From a bacterium (lineage in GTDB: Bacteria > Patescibacteriota > Microgenomatia > Levybacterales > UBA12049), in NCBI GenBank assembly GCA_021777565.1, contig JAJYDJ010000002.1, positions 5,082 through 69,081 of the forward strand: a stretch of 64,000 nt of DNA, written 5' to 3'. The notes under the pieces were generated by a model. That model saw only the letters and a program-made list of their open reading frames with translations. It ran no database searches and was not told where the DNA came from. The number at the start of each line of letters is the position of its first letter. Position 1 is the stretch's first letter. Positions 10,001 to 18,549 of this stretch are shown one piece after another. The translations under genes were made by a program, and so were the position numbers.

Positions 10001-10916
10001 AACCAAAGGTGAAGTTGGTTCTGCCTGCGGTTGATGGTGCCCAGTTCCACACAATGGCGTTATCTGCGTTGGAAAGAGTTGAGGTTCCTGTTGCAGCAGT
10101 CAAACCACTCAAACTTGCACTCCCTGCTCCACCACACCCGCTACAAGAAGCAACTGTGAGTGCACCAGACTTTGAAATCTTCCATGACCCTCCAGTGCCA
10201 ACAATGTCATTTAAGTTGGTTCCGGTTGCACCTGAGAGATTGAACTGTAACCCGGTCTGATCAAAGGCACCCGTCCCAGAAAGTGTAATAGACTGACCAA
10301 CCAGCGCCGCTGTCTGAGTTGTACTGTCAGAAATACCAAGCACGGTTCCTGACGCCTGACTTGGCGCAATGGATTGAGTGAGTGCATTGCTGGTCAGAAT
10401 TGTCCCACTGTTGGTAGTTGGCAAGCTGTAACTGTTGCCCGATGTTCCTGAGAAGTTAATACCATCCACCGTATCTGAGTTAAAGGCATACGGCACCGCA
10501 GAAAGCCTGATACGTGGGGTCATTTCTGCATCGCTGCCAACCTTGATGCCCAGATACCACGTGTCCTGACTAAAATCGACTGATCCAGGAAGTGCAGTCG
10601 TAGCACCAAGAGGTACTTGGAAGATCCCGTTGACTGTCGCCACGGTATCAGTCTCTGTCCAGGTCGCCGACCCTCCGCTTGAGACGGTATAGATACTAAA
10701 GACGACACTGTAGTTCCCATCTGTCACGTTCGTCCCATCTGCGTTGGTCAGCTTCCCTTGAAAGCTTATTTGCTTATTAATGCCACTGGCAGCAAAAGTT
10801 CTTTGGAGAGAGAAAATAGAGGCCGAAAAGAGAGCGATCATCAAGAGCGCGATAAGTGTGATCCTTTTCACGCGTTTCACAGACAGTTTGGCTTGATAAC
10901 TAAGTGTTTTTCTCAT
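7083..10916 (-). CDS. Giant secreted glycine-rich surface protein (1277 aa) with a beta-rich C-terminal domain reminiscent of phage tail-fibre or adhesin tips
   Basis: Signal peptide (LIALLMIALFSASIFS...AFA). Roughly 330-aa central poly-Gly tract (GGGGGGGGAGG...). The C-terminal 450 aa is rich in Thr/Ser beta-strand repeats. The antisense poly-Pro ORFs are artefacts of this tract. Confidence 0.7.
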   Translation of the reverse strand: MRKTLSYQAKLSVKRVKRITLIALLMIALFSASIFSLQRTFAASGINKQISFQGKLTNADGTNVTDGNYSVVFSIYTVSSGGSATWTETDTVATVNGIFQVPLGATTALPGSVDFSQDTWYLGIKVGSDAEMTPRIRLSAVPYAFNSDTVDGINFSGTSGNSYSLPTTNSGTILTSNALTQSIAPSQASGTVLGISDSTTQTAALVGQSITLSGTGAFDQTGLQFNLSGATGTNLNDIVGTGGSWKISKSGALTVASCSGCGGAGSASLSGLTAATGTSTLSNADNAIVWNWAPSTAGRTNFTFGSTSAPASGTNTALALSLTHTSNTMTNGLLVNVNGSGGTTTNGIQISQTTGTLTNGLSFAGTIGTDINLGTIAATGISGTLANTTAANATGVSLTTGTITTSGTQTGVGISLTAVGAGTVNGLLITPPATTTSGGTMNGITIGSITTSNGGNTAISIGTGWDTGIAVGSGKISLGAASSATGNIVFNDSANANTVTLQAGATAGSYTWTLPTADAAGCLQSNGSGTLSLSACGDTNTQTFTASGTWTKPANALMVIVEVWGGGGGGGGGAGGSTSTIELGGAGGGGGAYSTTQISGSSLGSTVAVTVGSGGNHGNGGSSAAGTAGSAGGPSCFSTSANCAGTMYEEAFGGGGGSAGGTTTSFGGGGGGGGNNAVGANSTTNTGGAGGGPLGAAASTDNSGFGGAGGRTATTGTPGVGGSGAYGGGGGGGSSTNGAGNGGNGGGSIQGGAGGGAGASCAVTTCTQRSGGAGGHVPGTGGGGGSAGSGAGGPGGVGADGVGSGGDGGGGGAVNPSGTGGAGGNGGARGGGGGGGGAGETTTGGAGGNGGAGYVRVRTLMGTGADVAEMYNTNDTTLMPGEIVSIDASLSAGVMRSSGAYDRNTLGIVSTQPGLIIGDGNIQGAKTVLVALSGRVPVKVSMENGEILPGDYLTPSSTPGVAMKALKSGSIIGQALTAYTDPDMPGYVVAFVKNSFTTGQTLAQSIPGLDANPVTAGQQALSYLMSHPVATNSATLSELTTDRLTAGLEIITPRILTDQLAVQSDATFSGVLRAAEIHADHIDGVDEQLASLSARLSLLESLFGTSTQSAVLGLSTSASDSGALTLSSDSGTATVSGSLRVKQNALVEGMLQVVDTLTATNSIVTSLATFMGDAVIHGNTHLLGDIFVNRDHAGMVSIPAGSDHVSITFSKDYQATPVITANIALDASVGSDVTQAIVSGDIRYTLTQISPHGFTIQLNKTVTSPVPFSWTAVSVEN

Positions 10917-11047
10917 GGGCAGGTCTCGCGCATGCGCGTATATATATTAGTATGCAGACATTTTTTTATGTTCGTCAAGTTATAAACAACAATACAATTT
11001 CTTTGTATACTATTGCATAATATTGTTATAAATTGTATACTTAATTC

Positions 11048-11323
11048 ATGCAGAATTTGCTTACCGTCTCACAAGTAGCTGCCATACTTCACATTCACCC
11101 ACTCAGTGTTCGTCGCTATATTACGCAGGGCAAGCTCCAAGCTATCAAGATCGCCGGCAATATTCGTATCCCCCAGGAAAATTTACAGGCACTTGAAAGG
11201 CAAGCGGCACCCAGACAAGAAAGACCATCACAATCTCCCTCCCGTCTTCTTCTGCATGTCTTTCGCGACAGTGATCCCCTTTTTCGACTGGAAGGAAGAG
11301 GAGCAAAACCATCAGAAAAATGA
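11048..11323 (+). CDS. Excisionase/MerR-like HTH DNA-binding protein (candidate antitoxin)
   Basis: N-terminal LTVSQVAAILHIHPLSVRRYITQGKL is an HTH_17/excisionase-type motif. It sits directly upstream of a PIN-like ORF. Confidence 0.5.
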   Translation: MQNLLTVSQVAAILHIHPLSVRRYITQGKLQAIKIAGNIRIPQENLQALERQAAPRQERPSQSPSRLLLHVFRDSDPLFRLEGRGAKPSEK

Positions 11324-11373
11324 TGTATCAAAACATATAGTAATATGTATAAATATTTCGCAATAAATCAATT

Positions 11374-11790
11374 ATGACAAAGAAAGTATTCCTCGCTGCC
11401 GATATGTTAGTCGCTTTTGTGGACCGTATGCACCCACAACATCTGCATGCCAAAACCCTCATGCATTATTTTGCCAGTGAACACTTTGCCTTGTTCACCA
11501 CTCCAACAATCCTTGATCATGCCTATACCCAAATCGCTCAGGATATCAGTGTGTCACTCGCCCGCGAGCTCCTGGATAGTTTTGCTAAGACTGAGGTTAA
11601 TATGCTCTTTCCCGATGACAAAGATTTGGCACATACCTATGAACTGGTCACCAACAGTCCAACTCTTGAGATAACGTTTACTGATGCGCTGCAAGCTACC
11701 TTGTGTGTAAGAAATCACATCCCTTCTATCGCGACCTTCTCCTATATCCACCCGTACCTTGGCATGAGCGCATTCTATTTACCGGTATGA
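11374..11790 (+). CDS. PIN-domain (VapC-like) protein, candidate toxin
   Basis: VFLAADMLVAFVD at the N-terminus and TFTDALQATLCV...IATFS near the C-terminus fit a PIN acidic-residue topology. This is a weak call. Confidence 0.45.
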   Translation: MTKKVFLAADMLVAFVDRMHPQHLHAKTLMHYFASEHFALFTTPTILDHAYTQIAQDISVSLARELLDSFAKTEVNMLFPDDKDLAHTYELVTNSPTLEITFTDALQATLCVRNHIPSIATFSYIHPYLGMSAFYLPV

Positions 11791-12824
11791 AGCACGTTAT
11801 TGCACTAACTATACTATTATATATAGGGGCTCTCACACCCTCACTTGCGCAGGCAGCAAATCCGGCAAGCACGAACTACGCGATACAAAGCTACAGCGTG
11901 GGTTCGGGTGGACTGGGAACAGGAAGCTCTGCAAGCTATAAACTCAACGGGATACTGGGTCCTCTGTCCGGGAACACCTCCTCAACTTCTTATGCATCCA
12001 AGAATGGGCTTTCTTTTTTACAAACCGTCAGTGTACCCCCAGCGCCAACCCTCACCAATCCAAATAACTATTACAATAAGTTATCACTAACGCTTGCGAC
12101 AGGTGGCAACCCAACTGACACCATGTATGCCATTGCCATTTCTCCCGATAATTTTAGTACCACAAAATATGTCCAATCCGATGACACACTCGGCAGTTCT
12201 CCTGTCTGGCAGACCAATACACTTTGGGGAGCCTCTGGATTTACCCTCATTGGGCTTACTCCTGGCACCACATACAGTGTGAAAGTGACAGCCAAGCAAG
12301 GAAATTTTTCACAAAGTCCTTTTGGGCCAGTGGCAACTGCTGCGACAGTTACGCCAAGTTTTACCTTTAGTCTCTCTACCAACGCGGTTGGGCTAGGACA
12401 ACTTACTCCTGGGACCGTAATTACCGCACCAACGACGGTGACGACAACCGTTAGCACAAATACCAATGCTGGTGCACAAGTGGTAATTTATGATAAAAAC
12501 AATGGACTTCTCAGTAGCGGCACCAACTACACGATCAACTCAGTGAGTAATAACCTCGCAACAACAACCGAAGGATATGGCGTGCGAGGTAAGACTGTGA
12601 CCCAGACCAGTGGTGGGCCTCTTGAAATACTCTCCCCGTTTAACGGCAGTGGGAATATCGTTGGGCAAGTGGCAACGACCAAACAAGTTCTTTTTGATTC
12701 TTCAGGGGCGGCAATAACCAATGGACAAGGAACCTTTGAGATTCAAGCGAAAGCAGGAAGCGGTGCCAAAGCGGCTACTGATTATTCTGATATTTTAACT
12801 GTGGTGGCCTCAGGTGTTTTTTAA
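11787..12824 (+). CDS. Secreted beta-rich surface protein, paralog A, with a conserved C-terminal YSD-x-LTV motif
   Basis: Sec signal (MKHVIALTILLYIGALTPSLAQA). The C-terminus AATDYSDILTVVASGVF parallels the next ORF. The start is taken at the internal Met because the track ORF overlaps the upstream gene. Confidence 0.6.
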   Translation: MKHVIALTILLYIGALTPSLAQAANPASTNYAIQSYSVGSGGLGTGSSASYKLNGILGPLSGNTSSTSYASKNGLSFLQTVSVPPAPTLTNPNNYYNKLSLTLATGGNPTDTMYAIAISPDNFSTTKYVQSDDTLGSSPVWQTNTLWGASGFTLIGLTPGTTYSVKVTAKQGNFSQSPFGPVATAATVTPSFTFSLSTNAVGLGQLTPGTVITAPTTVTTTVSTNTNAGAQVVIYDKNNGLLSSGTNYTINSVSNNLATTTEGYGVRGKTVTQTSGGPLEILSPFNGSGNIVGQVATTKQVLFDSSGAAITNGQGTFEIQAKAGSGAKAATDYSDILTVVASGVF

Positions 12825-12897
12825 AAAATTTCAGTGTTATATTTCAGACAACAGAAACTCTTGACAAGTCAAATCAATCTATGTGTATACTAAGTAT

Positions 12898-13926
12898 ATG
12901 ATCCGTTTTGGGAACAAAAAACAGTTTACTCGAGCTCTCATGGCCACACTTTTAATGGTTGGTCTCTATGAGCAAACCCTTCTGAGTAGTGCGCACGCAG
13001 CTGCGGCATCAGGATATATTCGACTTGATCGTTTAGGTACCTCTGCTGTTGGTGGTGCACTCGTCTGTATGACACCACAAACAACGGCAACTGAAGGCAA
13101 AGTCGTCCTCACCTTCCCTGGAACTGGGTCAGCAGGGTCAGCAAGTTTTGGCGTAGCTGCGGCAGGATCATGGACGACAACGACAACTGGCATTCCATCA
13201 GGGACAAGCGCATGGAGTGTCTCTTCTCCTGTTGTTTCAACCAACACGGTGACTTTTACCAGTCCTGACCTTACTGTTGGGACAACCTATTGTTTCATCG
13301 TTACGGGGAATGCCCTCACCAATCCATCCTCTGCTGCGTCGGGTAACACCTTAACTGGCAGTATTCAGACTCAAACATCAGGCGCATCAGCTATCGATAC
13401 CGTGAATAACGCCTATGCCATTATTTCAAACGATCAAATTTCTGTTACCGCAGCTGTTCCACAGTCCTTCACCTTTTCACTGGGATCAAATGCCGCAGCA
13501 CTTGGGACGTTGACCCTCGGCAGTACTATTAGCTCATCAGGTATTGTTTTGACCGCAATCACAAACGCACAACAAGGATGGCAAGCATGGGTTAAGAGTA
13601 CCAATGGCGCACTGAGTTCTGCAGGCACGGGTGGTTCTATCACATCTGCTCAAGCTGATCTTTCCAGTGCATCCAATGGCTATGGACTTGTCGTAAGTGC
13701 CACCGCTGGAAATGCCGTTGCTGATGCTTCAACGTATGCCCTCGGGGGCACAACAGTAGGTTCACTGGCCACTACCTACAAAAGGCTTGGATACTACTCT
13801 TCTGGTCCATCAGCTACTTCAGGGGATCAACTGACGCTTACGGTAAAAGCAAAAGCTGATTCTTCAATCAAGGCCGCAAGTGACTACAGTGACACACTCA
13901 CCGTCACTGGTGCAGGTTCATTCTAA
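12898..13926 (+). CDS. Secreted beta-rich surface protein, paralog B
   Basis: Signal peptide. C-terminus AASDYSDTLTVTGAGSF. Shares internal FN3-like strands with paralog A (PGTTYSVKVT vs VGTTYCFIVT). Confidence 0.6.
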   Translation: MIRFGNKKQFTRALMATLLMVGLYEQTLLSSAHAAAASGYIRLDRLGTSAVGGALVCMTPQTTATEGKVVLTFPGTGSAGSASFGVAAAGSWTTTTTGIPSGTSAWSVSSPVVSTNTVTFTSPDLTVGTTYCFIVTGNALTNPSSAASGNTLTGSIQTQTSGASAIDTVNNAYAIISNDQISVTAAVPQSFTFSLGSNAAALGTLTLGSTISSSGIVLTAITNAQQGWQAWVKSTNGALSSAGTGGSITSAQADLSSASNGYGLVVSATAGNAVADASTYALGGTTVGSLATTYKRLGYYSSGPSATSGDQLTLTVKAKADSSIKAASDYSDTLTVTGAGSF

Positions 13927-14993
13927 TGACACGACATACCGCTAAACTGTGCTGCCCAGCATATATCCGTTTCCTTTTTTGCGTGCTTATCGGGGCTGTC
14001 ATCGTGAGCATGTTTGCTCACCACACATATGCGGCAGAACCATTTAACATCACCTCCTCCCCAACTTCATTTGATCTGAGTGGGCAACCAGGAGGAACGA
14101 TAACCCAGATGGTAAAAATCAGAAACAATGCAAGTACTCCAGTGACCCTCCAATTTAGTATTAAAAAACTGATTGCAGGAGCCAAAGGAGATATTTCACT
14201 CACTGACTTTGGTCCTACAGATACGTATCAACATTGGTTAACTTTCCAAACAGCCAGTGCTACCGCTAGCCCCAACGACTGGGTAGAGATGCCATTTACC
14301 ATTCATATTCCAACAGATGCCAGTCTTGGGTATTATTTCGCTCTTTATATTGCTCCACTTGATACTCCAGGCACTGCCCAAGAACCAGCCGCTCATCTGA
14401 ATGGATCTGTTGCTATTCCAGTACTCTTAAGTGTACGAAGTGGCAAAGTGAGTATCTCTGGAGCCATCAACTCCTTTACTACCAGCCCCTTTTCTGAGTA
14501 TTTGCCAGTCAATTTCGATCTGACCTATCACAATACAAGTAATATTCATGTTCGCCCACGAGGAGACATCTTTATTAAAGATGCGACCGGGAAAGAAGTC
14601 GCTATTCTCCCGATTAACCCCAGTGCCAGCAGTGTAATTCCTGGCATGACAAAAGACTTTATGATTCCCTGGGATGACAGTTTTATTACCCAGGAGACTG
14701 TCATGCAAAATGACATGATTGTGTATGACAGCTCCCATCATCCCCGAACCCATTTGGTTTTCCATTTCGACAGACTTCTGCACATGCGCATCGGGAGATA
14801 TACTGCCACGGCTCTGGTAGTGGTACCTGGAGACACACAAGATTATTCTTACGAAAGTAGCACCAGCTTTTGGATTATCCCATGGGAGATACTTACTGGG
14901 GCACTTCTTTTGGCAACATTTACACTTGCTGGGATATTCTTTACTATAAAAGGAGCTGTCCAGACGACCCATCGCCTGATACAACACCGCTAA
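13926..14993 (+). CDS. Cell-surface protein with an N-terminal signal and C-terminal TM anchor (DUF916/DUF3324-like architecture)
   Basis: PFNITSSPTSFDLSGQPGGTITQMVKIRNNAS has a beta-sandwich flavour. C-terminal TM (LLLATFTLAGIFFTI) followed by a basic tail. Confidence 0.5.
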   Translation: MTRHTAKLCCPAYIRFLFCVLIGAVIVSMFAHHTYAAEPFNITSSPTSFDLSGQPGGTITQMVKIRNNASTPVTLQFSIKKLIAGAKGDISLTDFGPTDTYQHWLTFQTASATASPNDWVEMPFTIHIPTDASLGYYFALYIAPLDTPGTAQEPAAHLNGSVAIPVLLSVRSGKVSISGAINSFTTSPFSEYLPVNFDLTYHNTSNIHVRPRGDIFIKDATGKEVAILPINPSASSVIPGMTKDFMIPWDDSFITQETVMQNDMIVYDSSHHPRTHLVFHFDRLLHMRIGRYTATALVVVPGDTQDYSYESSTSFWIIPWEILTGALLLATFTLAGIFFTIKGAVQTTHRLIQHR

Positions 14994-15000
14994 TATCAGT

Positions 15001-15882
15001 ATGAAACGATATCTGCTCCTCGCGTCATTTGTGTGTTTAGCTTTACTTATCACGCCTCGTGCCTTTGCACAAGCAGGTATTACTGTTGCTCCCGCGTTCG
15101 TCTCCTTAGATTTGTCCAACAATAAACCATCAAGCACGGTCTCCTACACGAATGGCTACACATACCCTGTTCGTGTCAACATATCAGTAGATCAATCCTA
15201 TGATCTGGCAAATCCAGAACCGATTGCTCCATCCAAGTGGATATCATACAATCCTACCTCCTTTGTCCTTCGCCCAGGGGAAACACAAAAAGTACTTCTT
15301 ACTTTTGCACCAAATAAGCTAAGTCCGGGGGGGCATTTTGCAAACTTGCTTGCACAAATTCAGTACAGTGGCGCACCAACCGGACAAATACAACTTCAGG
15401 CAATCATAGCCACTAGTATTGCTCTTCGCACTCACACTGGCAACGAGCATGATCAAGCTTCAATAGTTTCTCTATCACCTATTTCAGCCTTTTGGAAGTT
15501 TCCTGCAGAATTCCAACTTGTTATGAAAAACAATGGGAATACCTTGGTCATCCCCTATGGCAAACTAGACCTTTCAACCAGAGACACTACTTTGATTGCC
15601 CGTGGGATACTTAACACTGGATCACTCGTACTCTTCCCGGGAGCGACTCGTTCCTTTACCATTCCCTCACAAAATGTTACATCAACCATCTGGCCTGGGG
15701 TGTATCACGCAACACTTACCGTGCATTATAGTGATAGCAATCAGGTCCTCACCAGACAGATAACCTTTTTCTCTTTTGGGACGTTTCCTATTAGAAGAGT
15801 GCTAGCGGTACTTGGTGGGATTGGTGTCCTTTGTGTAGCTTTTTTTGCATATTTTAGAGTTCGCGAAAAGCAATCACATTAA
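15001..15882 (+). CDS. Second signal-plus-C-terminal-TM-anchored surface protein (paralogous architecture to 13926..14993)
   Basis: MKRYLLLASFVCLALLITPRAFAQA signal. ITVAPAFVSLDLSNN...VRVNIS. C-terminal TM LAVLGGIGVLCVAFFAYF followed by REKQSH. Confidence 0.5.
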   Translation: MKRYLLLASFVCLALLITPRAFAQAGITVAPAFVSLDLSNNKPSSTVSYTNGYTYPVRVNISVDQSYDLANPEPIAPSKWISYNPTSFVLRPGETQKVLLTFAPNKLSPGGHFANLLAQIQYSGAPTGQIQLQAIIATSIALRTHTGNEHDQASIVSLSPISAFWKFPAEFQLVMKNNGNTLVIPYGKLDLSTRDTTLIARGILNTGSLVLFPGATRSFTIPSQNVTSTIWPGVYHATLTVHYSDSNQVLTRQITFFSFGTFPIRRVLAVLGGIGVLCVAFFAYFRVREKQSH

Positions 15883-15886
15883 TTGT

Positions 15887-16450
15887 TCATTTTATTACGA
15901 TCGAGTCTTTAATTCGATTAAAAATAATGTCCATTTTTTCACTATTTTCCCCTGAGATAACGATACTATAAACATTTTCGTCCTGGAGAACAAACCATGA
16001 TCTTTCACCATCTGGTGGATTCTTTGAGAACGTGTATGCAGTGCTCCCCATTGCTCGAGTGGCATAGCTGGGATTTATTTTTCGCATATCGACAGCTGGA
16101 TCACCGGTGATATCTGACAGTCCAGGCCTTTTGGTAACACTTATCTGTCCATCAATATGAAAGATGTTATCGAAGAAATGTACGTTCTCAAGAAGCAGCC
16201 CTGACGGAGATGCACTGACAGAGAGAGATGCCCATGCAGGATACACAAAGGTCACATACTTCCCATGGTAAGTATCATAGATATTCGTATCAACTGGCGT
16301 TAATTGTGGTTCCCGCCCCAAAATTTGTTTATAAACATCCATTTTCTCTTGAGACGTGAGGCGGGCTTTGGGAGAATTCTCATATCGAGTGACGAGGATC
16401 ACACCAACTGCCAAACAAATCCCACCAATACCAACGATCCACCAGCGCAT
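15887..16450 (-). CDS. Hypothetical protein with an N-terminal TM helix
   Basis: ORF with an N-terminal TM segment. Opposite orientation to the flanking surface-protein genes. Confidence 0.4.
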   Translation of the reverse strand: MRWWIVGIGGICLAVGVILVTRYENSPKARLTSQEKMDVYKQILGREPQLTPVDTNIYDTYHGKYVTFVYPAWASLSVSASPSGLLLENVHFFDNIFHIDGQISVTKRPGLSDITGDPAVDMRKINPSYATRAMGSTAYTFSKNPPDGERSWFVLQDENVYSIVISGENSEKMDIIFNRIKDSIVIK

Positions 16451-16500
16451 ACGTTTTTATCATACGCAATACGCACTATATTTGCTATGCTAGAGATAGC

Positions 16501-18549
16501 ATGAAGAAAATCATTCTCTGCCTCATAACCCTTGCTATTTCACTCTTTATTGCGGGGCAACAACTCCTTTTTGCAGACCAGACTATTACGGTCACTGGCA
16601 CTGTCCCTCCACAAACAAAAGATTTTACCTTTTCACTGACCCCAGCGACTACCACATCTACCGTAGCTCAAAACACGACACTGGCATATACCCTAAGCTA
16701 TGGATCACTTGCATCCTCTGGACAAACGACAACAGTTACACTGACAGCGACCTACACGACACAGGCAAGTGCAGGAGTAGATTTGCTTGAGTATGTGCCG
16801 GGGAGTGCAACCACTGGATATAACGGGGCAACACCTGTCATTAATTTGTTAAATCACACAATTACGTGGCAAGTTTCACTTCCCGCTGGCAAAACACAAT
16901 CGGTCAGCTTTAGTGTCAGAACAAACAGTAACTATACTGGCTCAACTGCGCAGGCATTAACTATTCATGCAACCGCTGCAAACCAGTTCTTTACCTTTGG
17001 TGATTTGACTGATACCAAGTCCTATGTGTACACCCGTCAATATACGCTTACTGCTGCGAGAACTGCGCCAACGACAACACCTACTCCCCAACCCCAGCAA
17101 TCACAACCATCCGTAACACCATCACCTATTCCTCCAACTGGGACAAAAGCCACCTCCCCAACCCCCGTCATATCAGTAACACCACTACCAATTCAGACAT
17201 CCTTGCCGCTGGCATTTACTTCCTTTGACATTGCCGGGGTAACAAGTAACACCATAACTATCGAAGCAAAGACCAATTATCCTACCATTGCAACCCTTGC
17301 CTATGGGACAAGCTCACGTGTACTTACTGCGTCAGTTAGCGATAGTGCAGTATCTACCACACACACTCTCACTCTCTCAGGACTCACGGCGCACACACCG
17401 TATTACTTTAAAGTCCAGGCAGGAGGTAAGTCCTCCGATTTATTAAGCGCCATGACTGCTGAAACGAGTGTCCCCCAACAGGTTGCGCCACTGACTGTTA
17501 CATTTGCGAGCGAGAACTTAACGCTTTCAAGCGTACAATCGACAACAGGACAAATCTCTTCGTCAACCAACCCTTCTGTTCCACAAGCCTCTCCCACTCC
17601 TCCAGTCGTCGTACTCCCTGTGCAACATCCATTTCAGGTAAGTTTTGAGGTCACACAAAAAACACCTATCGTCTCTATTATTGGCATTCTAAAGAATAAA
17701 CACGTGCTTGGGATTAATACATTTGCATATGATGCCGGTGACGAGACACAGGTCCCCGTTATTGAGAAAGCGCCAGGTGTCTATTCGCTGAATCTCACTA
17801 CACCACCTGCTCCTGGGTTGTATGAACTACAAGTACAAATTTTAGATACTGCAGGGAATGTCACTCGCACCCCTGTAGGAACAGTAAATGTTACCCATCC
17901 TTTGCTTGTTGAAGACGAAGCAACGAATAACCCAGTCAATGCACGCGTGCTCTTTTATCGAAGAGATTATCTCAGAAATGCATACATCAGACTCGCTACC
18001 ACATTTGAAGATGCGATGAACCCGGCGTTTACCGATGCACATGGAGAGATAGTAAGTGTCCTTCCACCTGGTGACTATCGAGCTGATGTTTCCAGCCTTG
18101 GCTATGATCAAAAAACGGTTTATTTTACTATTGGCGGAGAGCAAAGCACCCAATATCCAACCATAAAACTACATAAAAATATTCTGGGACTGAGTAATTA
18201 TCTTTCCTACCTCAAAAATGGCCTTACCGATACGATGGAAGCTTTTACTGTTTTCAAAACACTCATAGCCTCCTCACGAAGACTTCTAGATGATATAACG
18301 ATTATTTTAATAATACTTCTCCTCATAACTATCGTGACTACTTGTATTAAAAGATGTATACCACAGAAGAAACTTCCACATTTTGCCCATCTTACAATGA
18401 TGATACTTTCTATGATTTTTGATTTCATACTGCTTACACTAGGAGTGCTCCTTCTAATCTATATCACTTCTATGGGTTTTATAGTAGTGCTAGTACCTTC
18501 AGTTCTCTTTCTTGTAATACTTATTGTCTGGGTGCTACGGGAGTATTAA
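16501..18549 (+). CDS. Large surface protein with FN3-like and carboxypeptidase-regulatory-like beta domains and C-terminal TM helices
   Basis: Signal peptide. Pro/Thr linker. FN3-like strand (TAHTPYYFKVQAGG). CarbopepD_reg-like segment (ARVLFYRRD...HGEIVSVLPPGDYRADVSSLGYD). Three C-terminal TM segments. Confidence 0.55.
   Translation: MKKIILCLITLAISLFIAGQQLLFADQTITVTGTVPPQTKDFTFSLTPATTTSTVAQNTTLAYTLSYGSLASSGQTTTVTLTATYTTQASAGVDLLEYVPGSATTGYNGATPVINLLNHTITWQVSLPAGKTQSVSFSVRTNSNYTGSTAQALTIHATAANQFFTFGDLTDTKSYVYTRQYTLTAARTAPTTTPTPQPQQSQPSVTPSPIPPTGTKATSPTPVISVTPLPIQTSLPLAFTSFDIAGVTSNTITIEAKTNYPTIATLAYGTSSRVLTASVSDSAVSTTHTLTLSGLTAHTPYYFKVQAGGKSSDLLSAMTAETSVPQQVAPLTVTFASENLTLSSVQSTTGQISSSTNPSVPQASPTPPVVVLPVQHPFQVSFEVTQKTPIVSIIGILKNKHVLGINTFAYDAGDETQVPVIEKAPGVYSLNLTTPPAPGLYELQVQILDTAGNVTRTPVGTVNVTHPLLVEDEATNNPVNARVLFYRRDYLRNAYIRLATTFEDAMNPAFTDAHGEIVSVLPPGDYRADVSSLGYDQKTVYFTIGGEQSTQYPTIKLHKNILGLSNYLSYLKNGLTDTMEAFTVFKTLIASSRRLLDDITIILIILLLITIVTTCIKRCIPQKKLPHFAHLTMMILSMIFDFILLTLGVLLLIYITSMGFIVVLVPSVLFLVILIVWVLREY

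Noticed and set aside
8296-10260. Long plus-strand ORFs encoding poly-Pro/Ala/Val proteins (e.g. 8296..9069, 9424..10260)
   Set aside because: They are antisense to the glycine-rich tract of the 7083..10916 gene. Reverse-complementing GGN codons yields NCC (Pro), so these are compositional artefacts.
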